DNA of 64,000 nucleotides from Blastocladiella emersonii ATCC 22665 (lineage: Eukaryota > Fungi > Blastocladiomycota): NCBI GenBank assembly GCA_025594325.1, contig JANHCV010000011.1:1364001-1428000 (forward strand), written 5' to 3'. A program made the position numbers and the translations under genes. The stretch's first letter is position 1. Every line of letters begins with the position of its first letter. The notes beneath the pieces were generated by a model, which saw nothing but the letters and a program-made list of their open reading frames with translations, had not been told where the DNA came from and searched no databases. This document shows positions 48,994-60,588 of this stretch, one piece after another.

Positions 48994-50051
48994 ATGGGCC
49001 GCACCAGCAAGGACAAGCGCGACATCTACTACCGGCTGGCCAAGGAGCAGGGCTGGCGCGCGCGGTCGGCGTTCAAGCTGCTGCAGGTCGACGAGGAGTT
49101 CCACGTCCTCGACGGCGTGCGCCGCGCCGTCGACCTGTGCGCCGCCCCCGGGTCGTGGTCGCAGGTGCTCTCGCGCCGGCTCGTGTACGGGGATGCCCTG
49201 TCGCTGCTGTTAGCTCGCGCTGACCGCTCGTTCCCCATAGCGAGAACTGCACCGACGAGGTGGTCCCCAAGATCGTCGCCGTCGACCTGCAGGCCATGGC
49301 GCCGCTGCCCGGCGTCGTGCAGCTGCAGGGCGACATCACCAAGGAGTCGACGGCCAACTCGATCATTCACCACTTTGACGGCGAGAAGGCCGACCTCGTC
49401 ATCTGCGACGGCGCGCCCGACGGTCCGTTTCCTACTTGGTGTCCCGCACCACCTCGGCTAACCCCGCTCCATCCCCGTACAGTGACGGGCCAGCACGACT
49501 CGGACGAGTTCGCGCAGGCGCAGCTGCTGCTCGCCGCGCTCAACATCACGACGCACGTGCTGCGGCCGGGCGGCGATTTCGTGGCCAAGATCTTCCGCGG
49601 CAAGGACATTACGCTGCTGTACTCGCAGCTGCGCTACTTTTTTACGAAAGTGACGTGCGCCAAGCCGCGGTCGTCGCGCAACTCGTCCATCGAGGCCTTC
49701 ATCGTGTGCCAGGACTACGCGCCGCCCGCGGGCTACGTGCCGACCATGAAGAACCCGTTGCTTGACCTCGACTACGGTGCGCTTCACTCTCATCGGGAGC
49801 AACCGTGCCATCGACTGACCAGTTCGCGCGTATGTGTAGACGCGGAAACGGACGCGCTGACGGGCGCGAACCGGTTCATTGTGCCGTTCGTGGCGTGCGG
49901 CGACCTGTCGGCGTGGGACGCGGACCAGACGCACACGCTCGACCTGGACGCGTACCAGGCGCTGGCGCCCGTGCAGCCGCCAACGTGTCCGCCGTACAAG
50001 TCGGCCGTGGCGCTCAAGCGCGGCGAGGTCGACGCTGACGCCGCGTCCTAG
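48994..50051 (+). CDS. TRM7: tRNA (C32/G34) 2'-O-methyltransferase Trm7/FTSJ1, 3 introns
   Basis: [94 protein letters not shown]. Confidence 0.95.
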
Positions 50052-50106
50052 TTAGTTGCTTACAAGCACCCGTATATATTCATCGCAAACACGATCGACC
50101 GACAAC

Positions 50107-50816
50107 TCAGTAGAGCGGGCCGCGGTTGAACATCCCGCCCATCTCCTTCTTGAGGCGCTCATTGGACTCGCGCTCCTTGGACTTGCACGCGTGCATCTCC
50201 TTGATGATGCTGGCGTCGTTGGGCGCGAGGTCGAGGGCCTTGCGCAGCTCGACGAGGGCGTGGTCGGACCGGCCCTGCCGCGCGAGCGCCACGCCCTTGC
50301 GGTACAGCGACTTGACGTGCTTCGGGTCGAGCGCCAGCGCCTTGTTGCAGCAGTCGATCACGCGCGCCCACTTCTCGTTGCGCGCGTGGCACGCCGCCAG
50401 GTTCGAGTACACGGCAATCAGGTTGCTCGTCGCCTCGGCCTTGACCGCCTCCGGGATCGACTTGGACCCGGTCCCGGCGCCCGCGCCCAGGCTCGCCGCC
50501 ATGGCGTCGTTCGCCGACGCCTTGCCGCTCGCTGCCGGAGGGCGCACGATCGTCTGCAGGTACAGGATCGCCTCGTGGTAGTAGCGGATCGCTACACGCG
50601 TCAAGGGAGGGTGAGCGACGCGATACAGCCAGAGAGAGAGAGCGAGCAGAGCCGCGTACCCTCGTTGGTGTGGTCGTTGCCGCTGCGGAAGGCGTTGTTG
50701 CCGAGGTCCTTCTTCTCGAGGCCGAGCTTGAGGTGGTCGTCGTACTTGAGCACGGGCGCCGGCGCCACGTTGGCGGCCGGGGCGGCAGCGGCAGCAGCGG
50801 GCGCGGCAGTATCCAT
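50107..50816 (-). CDS. Small TPR protein (TTC9/FKBP-type TPR), 1 intron
   Basis: KKDLGNNAFRSG..|AIRYYHEAILYL, YSNLAACHARNEKWARVIDCCNKALALDPKHVKSLYRKGVA, ALDLAPNDASI, KKEMGGMF. Confidence 0.8.
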
Positions 50817-51077
50817 GGTGTTGATTGCGTTGCAGAGACTGCTGTCGGGACGAGCGACGTGTGTCGACAAGTTCCCTTGGTGTCGATGGGTAAGGGGGGA
50901 GAGCGAGAGCCGAGGCAGGATAGAAGCGCGCCGAAGATCGACGTGGCAGAGGCGTGTGCGTCTTTCACGGTTTGTTGCCGACGCGATCGTTCTCTCGCAC
51001 CTCCCCCCGCCGATCATTCAACACAGAAGCAAAATGTATCGCACACAAAAATGTTGGCAGCCCATGAACCACCACCT

Positions 51078-52807
51078 CTAGGCCGCAATGATGCGCGGCT
51101 TGATGACCACGCGCCCCGTCGCCGCGTCGTTCCAGCCAGGGAACACGCACCGGCGCACGCTCGCGCCGACGCTGCTGGCCGCCTCGCCGCCCGCGTGCGA
51201 GTAGACGCGCATCACGGTCTCGTCGACGGCCGCGCCCTTGCGCGCCATGGCGACCGCCATGCTCGGGTACCGCGCGCCCACGCGCTCGAGCACCGCGCGC
51301 ACCGACGCCACCACCTCGCTGACCACGGCCTCGTCGACCGGCGACAGATCCTCGCTGCTGCTGCGCTTGAACTCGTCGCCGTGCTTGATCCGCTTCCACA
51401 CGCCCGCCGCGAGCACGCTGACGCGGTCGACGCGCGCCGCGCGGCGCGCCGCGATATCCTCGGCGGCCTGCTGCCCGGAGCGCGGGAGCGTCGCGCTCGC
51501 CGCCGACTCGAGTCGGTAGAAGGCCGACTCCCACGCGTCCGCGAGCGCCTGCAGCGAGTCCTCGGCCATGAGGTCGCCCGCCGCGATGGGCGTGAGGAGA
51601 GACGCGGCCGTCGGAGCGGTGGGGACCGAGCCGGGAGTGGCGGCAGAGCGCGATAGAAGCGCGAGGATCGGCGTCGTCGTCAGGCCTGGGTGCACCGCTG
51701 CCACGGACGCGCGCGCTGGGAGGGCTGGCTTGGTCGGGGCCGGAGTCGGAGCCGAAGCCGCAGCGGCGACGGCTGCGGGAGCGAGGTTGGGCGTGGCCGT
51801 AGGCGTCGGGCTGCGAGCCGACGACGCGCGCTTAACGGCCTGCTGCCGCGCGCGGAACCGGCGGCGGCGCGCGATGAAGAGCGTCGCGATGGCCTAGATG
51901 TGCACGATTGTGGGTCAGAGGCGCGTCGAACAGAGTGATGTGAGCGGAGGAGAGCGTACCAGGACGGCGAGGAAGATCACGCCGCCCACGATGCCGAGGA
52001 TCATGCCGAGCGACGACGAGGAAGAGGAGGAGGTCTCGGCCGAGGAAGGGATGGGCGGGGCCGTAACCGGTGGTACTGCTGTACTGGTTGCCAGCGAGGC
52101 CGTTGTCGACGTCGGCGTCGACGTCGCCCACGGACTCGGCTTGCCCAGCGAGGCCAGGAGCCTGCTCAGGGCCAGGTTGCTGTCCGGAGTGCAGCTGGTT
52201 GCCGAGTCGATCCCGGCTGCGGGGTTGGGCGAAGTCGTGGACGCGCCAGTCGATGGCATCGTTGGCGAAGGCGAAGCTTGGACCAGAAGCTGAAGCAATC
52301 TGCACGCCTCCAGGTTGGTGCTGGCCGCGGGGTTCTTGACGCTCGAGACACAGCCGTGCAGGTTGACTGCCGTGTGCGCTGTGTCGGGCAAGCAGAAGGG
52401 CAAGCTCGTCGATGAACAGGAGGCGGACATGGTGGTCAAGTTAAGCTTCAGCGTCGGGTCCTTGACGACCAGCTGGCCCTTGCCCGCGTCAGCACAAACG
52501 AAGACCGCTTCGCTTACCTTCTCTCTCGCTCCCAGCACGGCGACGCACCCAGTCAGCGTCCTGCCCGCCAGCTCGCGCTGCCAGAGCGGCGCGCCGCATG
52601 GGTGCTCGGTGCCGTTGAGCTTGTTACAGAACTCCTGATCCGCAGCAAGTTTCGTAGCGTTGACGAGGACACTCGCAGTCTTGTTGTGTCCCCGCTTGCC
52701 CAGTCGGAGGGTCTCGCACAGGCCCAGGCCAGACTAGTCGCGAAAGACAGTGTCAGTCATCGTCGGCTTCATCCGCGCGCCTATCTAGGGTTGATCCTGC
52801 TCACCAT
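51078..52807 (-). CDS. Single-pass membrane protein with Cys-rich and Ser/Thr-rich ectodomain; ATG-only first exon; introns 52734-52804 and 51894-51959
   Basis: M|SGLGLCETL..FCNKLNG..PCGAPLW..GCVAV..FVC..; S/T stalk; TM GMILGIVGGVIFLAVL|AIATLFIA then RRRR. Confidence 0.65.
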
Positions 52808-53124
52808 GGTGGTACGTGTGTGTGTAGCGTGACGAGCAGCGATGTCGAAGAAGTTGTGGAGAGAGGGAGCGCGGGTCGCCGCCACCGCCGCCGACAAGCA
52901 GCGTTGGGCGAGGGCGACCTGGAGGGCGACCTGGAGGGCGACCGGTTTGCACGGACAGCGGGGCGACCGTGGCCCTCGTGGGCCCGCCGGTGGCCGCTGC
53001 GTGTCCACGCGGTGCGTGCTTCGTGATTCCATCACTGATCCCGCGCGGGTCGACGCGTCTCGAGCAAGAAAAAGCAGTTCAGTCGCGTACGTGTACAAAT
53101 AGTTTAACCATCATCCGTCATCCG

Positions 53125-56100
53125 TCACGTCCGCGCGCGCTTGGCCGCGCGGTCCTCGTCGTCGCCCGAGTCCTCGTCCATGCGCTCAGCCTCCTCGAGC
53201 ACCTCGCCGTCCACGGCTTCCGCCTCGCGCCGCGCGCGCTCCTCCTCCATCTCGCGCTGGATCCGCTTGCGCTTCTCGCCGATCACGGGGCTCTCGGGGA
53301 CCGTCGGCGGGCGCGTGGCGTGGACGGGGACGAACGACGGCGGGCCGTTCACGGACGCAGGGACGGGCCGCGCGCGGTGGACGAGCGTGGACCGGAGCGC
53401 GCGGAGGCGGCGGCGGAGCACCGCCTCCTGCTCGGCCTCGCGCTCGGCGGCCGCGGCTTCTTCGGCGGCACGCCGCGCCGCGAGCTCCGCGTCGTACGCC
53501 TGCCGCTCCACAGCGCGCTCCTCGGTCTGCAGCACGGGCGCGTACACCGGCTCGGTCGGCGGCTTGTCGGACGGCTTGGGCTGGAACGGGTCGTACACGG
53601 CCGCGGGCACGGGCCGCGCGTGGAACTCGGGCACCTTGGGCGCCACGTCCGCCGCGCCGTTCGGGTACGCGTCCGACATGTGCGGGATCGTCGCGCGCAC
53701 GTCGGTCCGCAGCTTGAACGGCTTGACCTGCGTCAGCGGCTTCTGCTGCACCTAAATTGCATCGCGTCAGTCGAGAGTTCTCGCGAAAGCCGATCCCAAA
53801 GACGTACCGCGCTCGACTTGGTGCTCGCACCGCCGTCGTGGAGGTCGGGCATCGGCATCGCGTGAAACTCGCGCATACGGCGCATCTCCTCCTCCTCGCG
53901 CTGCACGCGCTCCGCGAACCGCCGCTTCTTCTCCTCGGTGATACTGTCGCCGGGCAGCTGGAACGGCTCGGGCACGATCGGGTGGTTGCTGGGCCGGGCG
54001 CGCGCCGCGGCCGCGACGGGCGCGAGCGACGCGGGCAGCGGGACCGACGGACCGCGCAGGCGCGGCGCCACCTTGGTGATGGCGGGCGACATGGCGACCG
54101 TGGCGCGCGGCCGCGGCACCTTGGGCACGCCGAGCGGCCGCTTCGACTCGAAGATGCGCCGGTTGAACGGCTGCGCCCGGAACTGCTCGCGCTTCATGCG
54201 GTCGAGCTCGGCCCGCTCGCGCTCGTCGGCCGTCCGCTGGCCCGGCGCGCGGCGAAGGTGCTTGGTGCGCAGGTTTGGCGACACGGCTGTCGTCAGACGC
54301 TTCTGCAGCCGCGCCGACGAGGTTGTTGACGAGGAACCCGACCCGCTGCGGCGGCTCGTTGACGCACGGAACCGGTCGGGCGTGCGCAGGAAATTCTGCA
54401 CGCGCTCGGCGAGCGGCACGTACGGCGACGTGGCCGTTGACGATGCGGCCGAGGACGAGGGGAGCGCAGGCGTCCGCTCGGCGAATCGGAACGGGCGGAC
54501 GCGCGTGGTGCCGCGGCGGACTGCCGTCGCCTTGGGCTGCTTCTTGCGCGCGGGCGAGGCGCGGATCCGGGCGGGCGACGCCCCTTTCGTGGCAGAGGGA
54601 GCGGCACCACCGGCGGCGGGCGACGACGAGGCCGGCGTGTGCGAGGCCGACGAGGACGAGGCAGTCGCGCGCTGGCGGCGCATGAAGCTGAACTCGTGCG
54701 GGACCGTGAGCGGCGCGGGGCGCGGGATCGGGGCGGCGGCACGGCGCGGCTTGCTCGCGCTCGCGGTCACTGAGGACGGGACCCACGCAGCAGCGGGAGT
54801 CCCGACTGGGGTAGAAGCGACGGCGCGCGGGGTCATGGGCGGCGCGGTGATCGGGGTCGTGGAGACGGGCTCCGCGGCGGGCGCGGCAGGGGCCGGCGTC
54901 GCCGAACCCGCGGGAACCGGTGCGGGAGCAGCAAACGTCGCGGGAGACGACGGCGCGAGAACCGGTGCGGGAGCGGCGAACACCGCAGGGGACGACGGCG
55001 CCATGGACGTGAAGCGCGGCGGCATGGGCGTGGGCTCCTCGTCGGCGACGAGATCGACGTCCATGGGCGAGTCGGGCTTACTCGCGACCGAGGTCGTCGA
55101 GTTGCGCGACGACGGCGGGCGCGGGGTCGCGGCGGGATCGAGGAAGGTGTTGTTGCCGAGCTGGTGGTGCGCGGGCTCGGGCGCGAGCAGCTCCATGAGG
55201 CCCTCGTCCTCCCACTCGGCGTCGTCGTTCACCACGGGAGCGGCGGCGACGGGCGAGTCCTGGTCCATGGCATCGGCATCGCGCTCGGCGGTGCCGAACT
55301 TGGCCGAGGCGCGCGGGGTCGCCGACGGCGTGTTGGCGTAGCTCGCGCTCACGCTCGACAGGCGGCGGAGGGACCTAGAACCAGATTTGGCGGGTCAGCA
55401 ACACGCGGATGGGGAGAACCGCCGTGATAATCGTACATGCGACCGCGAGTCGACGGGGTGCGGCGCTGGGACCCGCGCGAGCGCGCCGACCCGGGTGTCC
55501 GCGAGGCCGAGAGGGCGCTGGTACGACGGTTGATGTCGGCGCCGCGGCTCGGGGTAGCGGGGACCGAGCCGGGCGTGGCGGCCTCGGCGGTGTAGGCGTC
55601 GGGAACAATGTCGACGTAGCTGGCATCGCCGTCGTCGTCCTCAGCGACCGCAGCGAGCGAGATGAGCTCGGTCGCAGCCGACTCGGCGGCGTGCTCGTCG
55701 TCGTCTGACTCGTCGTCGAGCTGGTCGCTGTCGATCATGAGGCAGTCGGCGAGCTGCTCGGCGCCGTAGTCGGTGCCGACCTCGTAGAAGGCGGCAGCGG
55801 GCGACTCGGGGTTGGTCGCTACGGATGGCGGGTGGGGTGAGTGGACGGTCGCTGAAGCGGATCACCGACGGGGAAGCGCACCGTAGTACTTGGTAATGGA
55901 CGGCGTGCCGGCGAATGCGGTAGTCGCGTCCGATTTGAAGGTGAACTGGCGGCTCGGCGTGGCGCCGGCGGTGCCCGGGGTGCGGGCGGCGGGCGAGCGC
56001 AGGACGGTGGCGGGAGTCGACGAGTAGGACGCCGCCGCGGCGGCGGCCGCGAGGTGGGCAGGCGTCCCGACCGACGAGGCGGGCGACGCGGCAGCCCGCG

Positions 56101-56386
56101 CGGCGGCGGGCGAGAGCGGGATGGGCAGGTCGTCGGAGCCGTCGTCGGCGTCGAGCACGCCGGCGGCGCGGTCGTCGAGCATCTTGGAGAAGTCGAACCA
56201 CTTGGGCGCGTTGAACTCCCACGCCGGGTCAAAGTACAGGAACGGGCGCGCGGCCGCGGACGCCGACGCCGAGGGTGCGCGGAACCCCGGGGCGAGGCCG
56301 GCGGGGGTCGCGGGCGAGTGCGCGTGCGGGTTCGCGTGCGCGGGCCTGACCTCGTGGCGCAGCGGCGATGTCATGGAAGTCAACAT
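53125..56386 (-). CDS. TPX2: TPX2-like spindle assembly factor, 3 introns
   Basis: N-terminal FDPAWEFNAPKWFDF; TPX2-type repeats LTVPHEFSF, LTTAVSPNLRT, FRAQPFNRRIF, IVPEPFQL, EFHAMPMP, LTQVKPFKLRTD.RA, EFHARPVP; C-terminal ERAVERQAYD..LRSTLVHRARPVP..PPTVPESP. Confidence 0.8.
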
Positions 56387-56639
56387 GGCAGTGTGGGTGG
56401 GAGTGGGGTGCAAGTTGCAAACTGCAGGCGATCCGATCCGAGAGCGGAGCGGGAGGGAGAGGGGAGCGCGAAGGAGCGGACGGCCGGCTCGCCGTGTGTG
56501 CGACGGCAGCGCGATCGGCGCGTTTCGGGCGCACCGTGACCCCACGCCGCCGCCTCTCTCTTCACTCGCGCGTCCAAGGCTCGGCGAAGAGGCAACGGTT
56601 CCTGTATTTTTTGATATCGCGAGAGGGAATGAATGGGTT

Positions 56640-58373
56640 TAGCAATGTGCTGGATGGTGTGGAGAGGGGGAGGGGAGGGGAGAGCGCGAGCGGCGGCGAC
56701 GGACCAGGCCAGCTGGCTCGCCGCGGCCGCGGCCGCGATGGACGCGAGCCTGGGCCCGCAGCGAAGCGGGTGCTGCTCTACCGACTTGGACAGCGAGCCG
56801 GACTTGGGCGCCGCCGCCGGCGAGGACGCCTTGCCCCACGACCGCGACACGGTGCCGCCGAGAGACCAGGCCTTGGCCTTGGCCGCGTCGCCGTGCTTGG
56901 AAAAGTCGAGCAGCTCCGCGAGTTCCGCGCCGACCTCGGCCGCCGTGCCGACGACGATCGGCTGCGAGCCCGTGGCCTCGGACCCGTGGTCCGGCTGGTC
57001 GCGCGCCGCTGCCTCTGCCGCCGCAGCATGATGGACATGGCGGCCCACCTCAGCCGCACGGGCCTCGAGGAGGACGAGCTTGTGCACGAGCTCGGCGATC
57101 CGCTCGTGCGCGCGCGCCGTCTTGGCGCGGACCGTCGACAGCAGGCCGTGGGGCACCTGCTTGTGCCACTTGCCAGCGGTCGCGCCGTTGCGCTCGTCGT
57201 CGCTCGCGCGCCCGCCCGCAGGCTCGCTGGTCGCCACGGGGTTGTTCGGTCCATAAGTCGCGTCAGCGAGCACCTTGGCGATGGCGACGGTGAACTCGGC
57301 TTCGGCGTCGCCCTGGTCGGCGTACGTGTACTCGCTGTCGTCGCTGCTGCCGGTGCTGCCCGGCGCAGCCATGCTCCGGCGCTCGCGGGCGGTGGCGGCC
57401 CTAGCCTTGGCCGCCACGACGAACGGTTGCATGCGCATCAGGGCCGAGTTGACGGCGACCTCCGACTGCGTGGCGTTGGCGAGGACCACGGTCATCGAGT
57501 TCTGCGCCGTGTCGGCGGCGCGGCGCGCCGAGTGGGAACCGGACTGCATGGTGCGGAACAGCTCCTCGACGCGCTCCTCGAAAATCTTAGTCGACCCGGT
57601 GCGCACGCCGCACATCACCACCTCAATGGTATGGTCCGCGCGCGCCGCGGCGAGTATGTTGCGCATCATTTTGGCCGAGTGGAACAGGTCGAAGCGCGCC
57701 GAGACCACAGCCAGTTCGAGTTGCACTAGATCGCAGTGGACCGCGCGCGCGGACACGGACGTGTGCTCGATCTAGTCGACGATCGCGCGGACCTCGCGCG
57801 TGACCGCGGCCTTGAACTCGGCGAAGGACAGACTGTCCTCGACGATGTGGACGTGCTCGGCGGAAGTGGGGGCGCGTGCAGCCGAGGAGAACCACGCGAT
57901 CCGCGTCGGCTGCTCGCGGAGCCGCCACTCGCGCGCGGTCATCTGCTCCTACTGGCGCTTGACCTCGCCGAGCACCTTAGAGTGCACCACGTACGAGAGC
58001 TGCTTCAGGTCCAGGTCGTTTTGGTGGATGCCGACGTGGTCAGGGAGGGGACCCTTGATCGTCACGGCGAGCGGGCGGGCAGCGTCGAGGAGCGGCTCGA
58101 GCTTGACGATGCCCGGCTGGCGGCACTCATACACGGGGATCAGCCCCCACTTGCCCGGGTAGAAGTCGATCCGACCGTGTGCCGCCCGGCACGAGTTGGC
58201 GTAGTCGCGGAAGGTGCTCATCTGGATGCCGATGGCGGCCGCGAGGACGGCTAAGGTCGGGCACGCGAGCTGTTAGGTTTGAGTGTGGATGGGTCGGGCG
58301 TGAGGTGAAGCCGCGCACCAAACGAGATGAGCGCGACGCGCAGTATGACCTTCATCGAGCGCGGCACGGCCAT
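56640..58373 (-). pseudogene. Membrane-anchored coiled-coil protein gene interrupted by two in-frame TAG codons; 3' end uncertain
   Basis: Spliced signal anchor MKVILRVALISF|AVLAAAIGIQ continues in one frame through TAG at 57949-57951 (KRQ*EQM) and 57772-57774 (IVD*IEH). Confidence 0.55.
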
Positions 58374-58914
58374 GGCGATGGCGACGTGGGCTGCCGTTGG
58401 CGCTGCTGGTGGATGGGCGTGGGGCCCGTCGACTGCTGGTGCTGGTGCGTGTGCTGATACTGCTGGTTGAGCGTGTAATTCATCGACTACTCGTCCTGCT
58501 ACTGCTACTGCTACTGGCGGCGGCGAAGGAGGAGGTGGCGGACGGACACGACTTTGGCAAGCGTGCGACCGCTCGCGAAAACCGCCATGGACGTGTCTGG
58601 TCGCACGGCGTGACCCCACGCGCCGTGCGGCGCCACCGGGTTTCACGCTTTCAGCCTCCCTCCCGCGAGAAGGCCGTCGCAGGAGTCTTGACGACTTGAT
58701 GCATTCACTTAGGACGGGGCGGAGCGCGTCGATCATCATGAGTTGGTCGGCTTGATGGAGGGGTGACGCACGCTCCGTCACTGGGGCGCCCTCGAAGCGG
58801 CCCGGAACGAAGCCACCCGATTCGAGGGCGGTGCGGCCCGTCCTTAGCTTTATCCATCCGCTGGACCGCACAGCGCACGCTCGCTCTCTCCCGCGTCATG
58901 CGAACGCTTATCCC

Positions 58915-59660
58915 ATGTCATCGTTTAACATCACTCTGAATGTGCCGCGGGGCAACGCCACGAGCACGACGTTCCGTGCCGCCACCGCCTCGTCCTTCTC
59001 GTCGTTCCATCCCTCAACGACCACCTTCGTCACCTTCTCGACGACCCGCGCCTTCGCTTCCTCGACCTCGACCACGACGTCCATACGGAGGACCTCGTCC
59101 ACCTTCAGCTCTGCTGGATCCGCCACGGCCTTCTCCATCCCCACGCAGACCGCCACGGAGTCGGACGGCCTGGATGCGGGGGACGTCTTCGGTATCCTCT
59201 TTGGCATCGTCGCCGGACTGGCACTGGTGCGACTCGACACCCGCGCTCCCGCCCGTAAGCTCGCTGACCCCTGTCTACGTAGCTCGCCAGTGTGGGTGCC
59301 CTTGTCATGAAGCGGCGCCGGGGTACGCAGGGCAAGCACCAGAGCGTCCCCTCGTCCGTTGACGAAGAGTCGGCTCGCCACGCCACCAACGTGCGGCCCT
59401 TGAACCCCAACTCCGCACCCGAGTCAGAACCCGTCTTCCTTCCTCCAACGCCGCCCGCCGCCGAGGGTCACAACGCCCCGCCTACTCGCACCGCCACTGC
59501 TGGCGCGCGCGAGGAGGACTTGATCCTGCCGCCGACGCCCGCGAACCCGACTTCTCCGCAACCGCCGCGCACCGGCGATGCCGACGCCGACTCGCTCTTC
59601 CTCCCCACGCCAACCGAGGCCCAGATGGCCCACCGGCACAGCAACGGCCGCCCGACCTGA
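58915..59660 (+). CDS. Ser/Thr-rich single-pass membrane protein; intron 59227-59282
   Basis: MSSFNITLNVPRGNATSTT.. S/T-rich; TM VFGILFGIVAGLAL|LASVGALVM then KRRRG; tail with EPVFLP, EEDLILP, DSLFLP. Confidence 0.7.
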
Positions 59661-60588
59661 ACACCCGTCACCATCGTCTGATCGCATAGATTTGAACCAT
59701 TTTGCTTCCTGAACCACTTGCACGCTCCTTTTGTGGACCAAACAGCTCAAACTGATCGCTTTTTGGTCCGCAAGCCACCCGATGCGTTTCCTGCGCACGA
59801 TCACTTGAAGTACGCGACGATCAAACACGCGGGCTGAACGACGCGACCATCGACTTCGCTCATTGGACTTGGTTGCGAGGAACCATTGCGCTCCAGTTCT
59901 TAAGGGTACTTCGTCCAGCTTAAGTCGACAGGCTCCCTGGAGATCCAACGTGCGAGGCCGTGGTGTTTTTGCAGCGCGGAGCCAGTAGGTCGTGAGCATT
60001 CCTGTCGTCATCCGCGGGGCAGAAGCGGCTCGGCCACGGGCTCCGCAGAGCGCAACATGCCGTTCAAAGCCTCACCGAAGCCCACGGCTGTGACGACGCG
60101 GTCGGCGCAGCGCGCCGGTGGTATTGGCCTTGCTGATCAAACGAACCCAGGTCCCTGCGACTGTGCCGACCACGGCCATCCTTGTTTCGACCAGGGCGGA
60201 AGATCAGGCTAGTATCTCGACCGCCGGAGCCATGTATCTCCCGGGCTCCCCGCTGCCCGACGCGCACATGCGGTCCAGCACCGCTCCTGTTCTTCCTGGT
60301 GTTGTGACGCGCCCGCCTGTCGTGCCGCGGACGTCGGCTTACGAGCAGTAAAACTAATTTTCATTTTGAGAATTCCGATCCAGGTTGTGGAGATTCGATC
60401 AAATATGTCACACGATCCATTTGAATGCCTCCATCGTTTTCGTCGCTCGCCCGCCCGCGCGAGCGTTGGCTTCTGGCGAAAGCAGTCGGTTATGCGGTTG
60501 TATCCGTCTTCAACATTTAATGGTTCATGGACCTCTGTGTCGTGTGCAAAGGCTTCGACGCGAAACGCGGCCGCGCGGAACGCGGGGT

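Noticed and set aside
54914-55003. 45-bp imperfect tandem duplication in TPX2 (APSSPA.FAAPAPV twice)
   Set aside because: Ordinary expansion in a disordered linker.
57772-57951. TAG-to-Gln codon reassignment or programmed readthrough
   Set aside because: CDC4, FANCJ, DCTN5, DSK2, LRR copy 1 and TRM7 all end normally at TAG, so the two internal TAGs fit pseudogenisation better.
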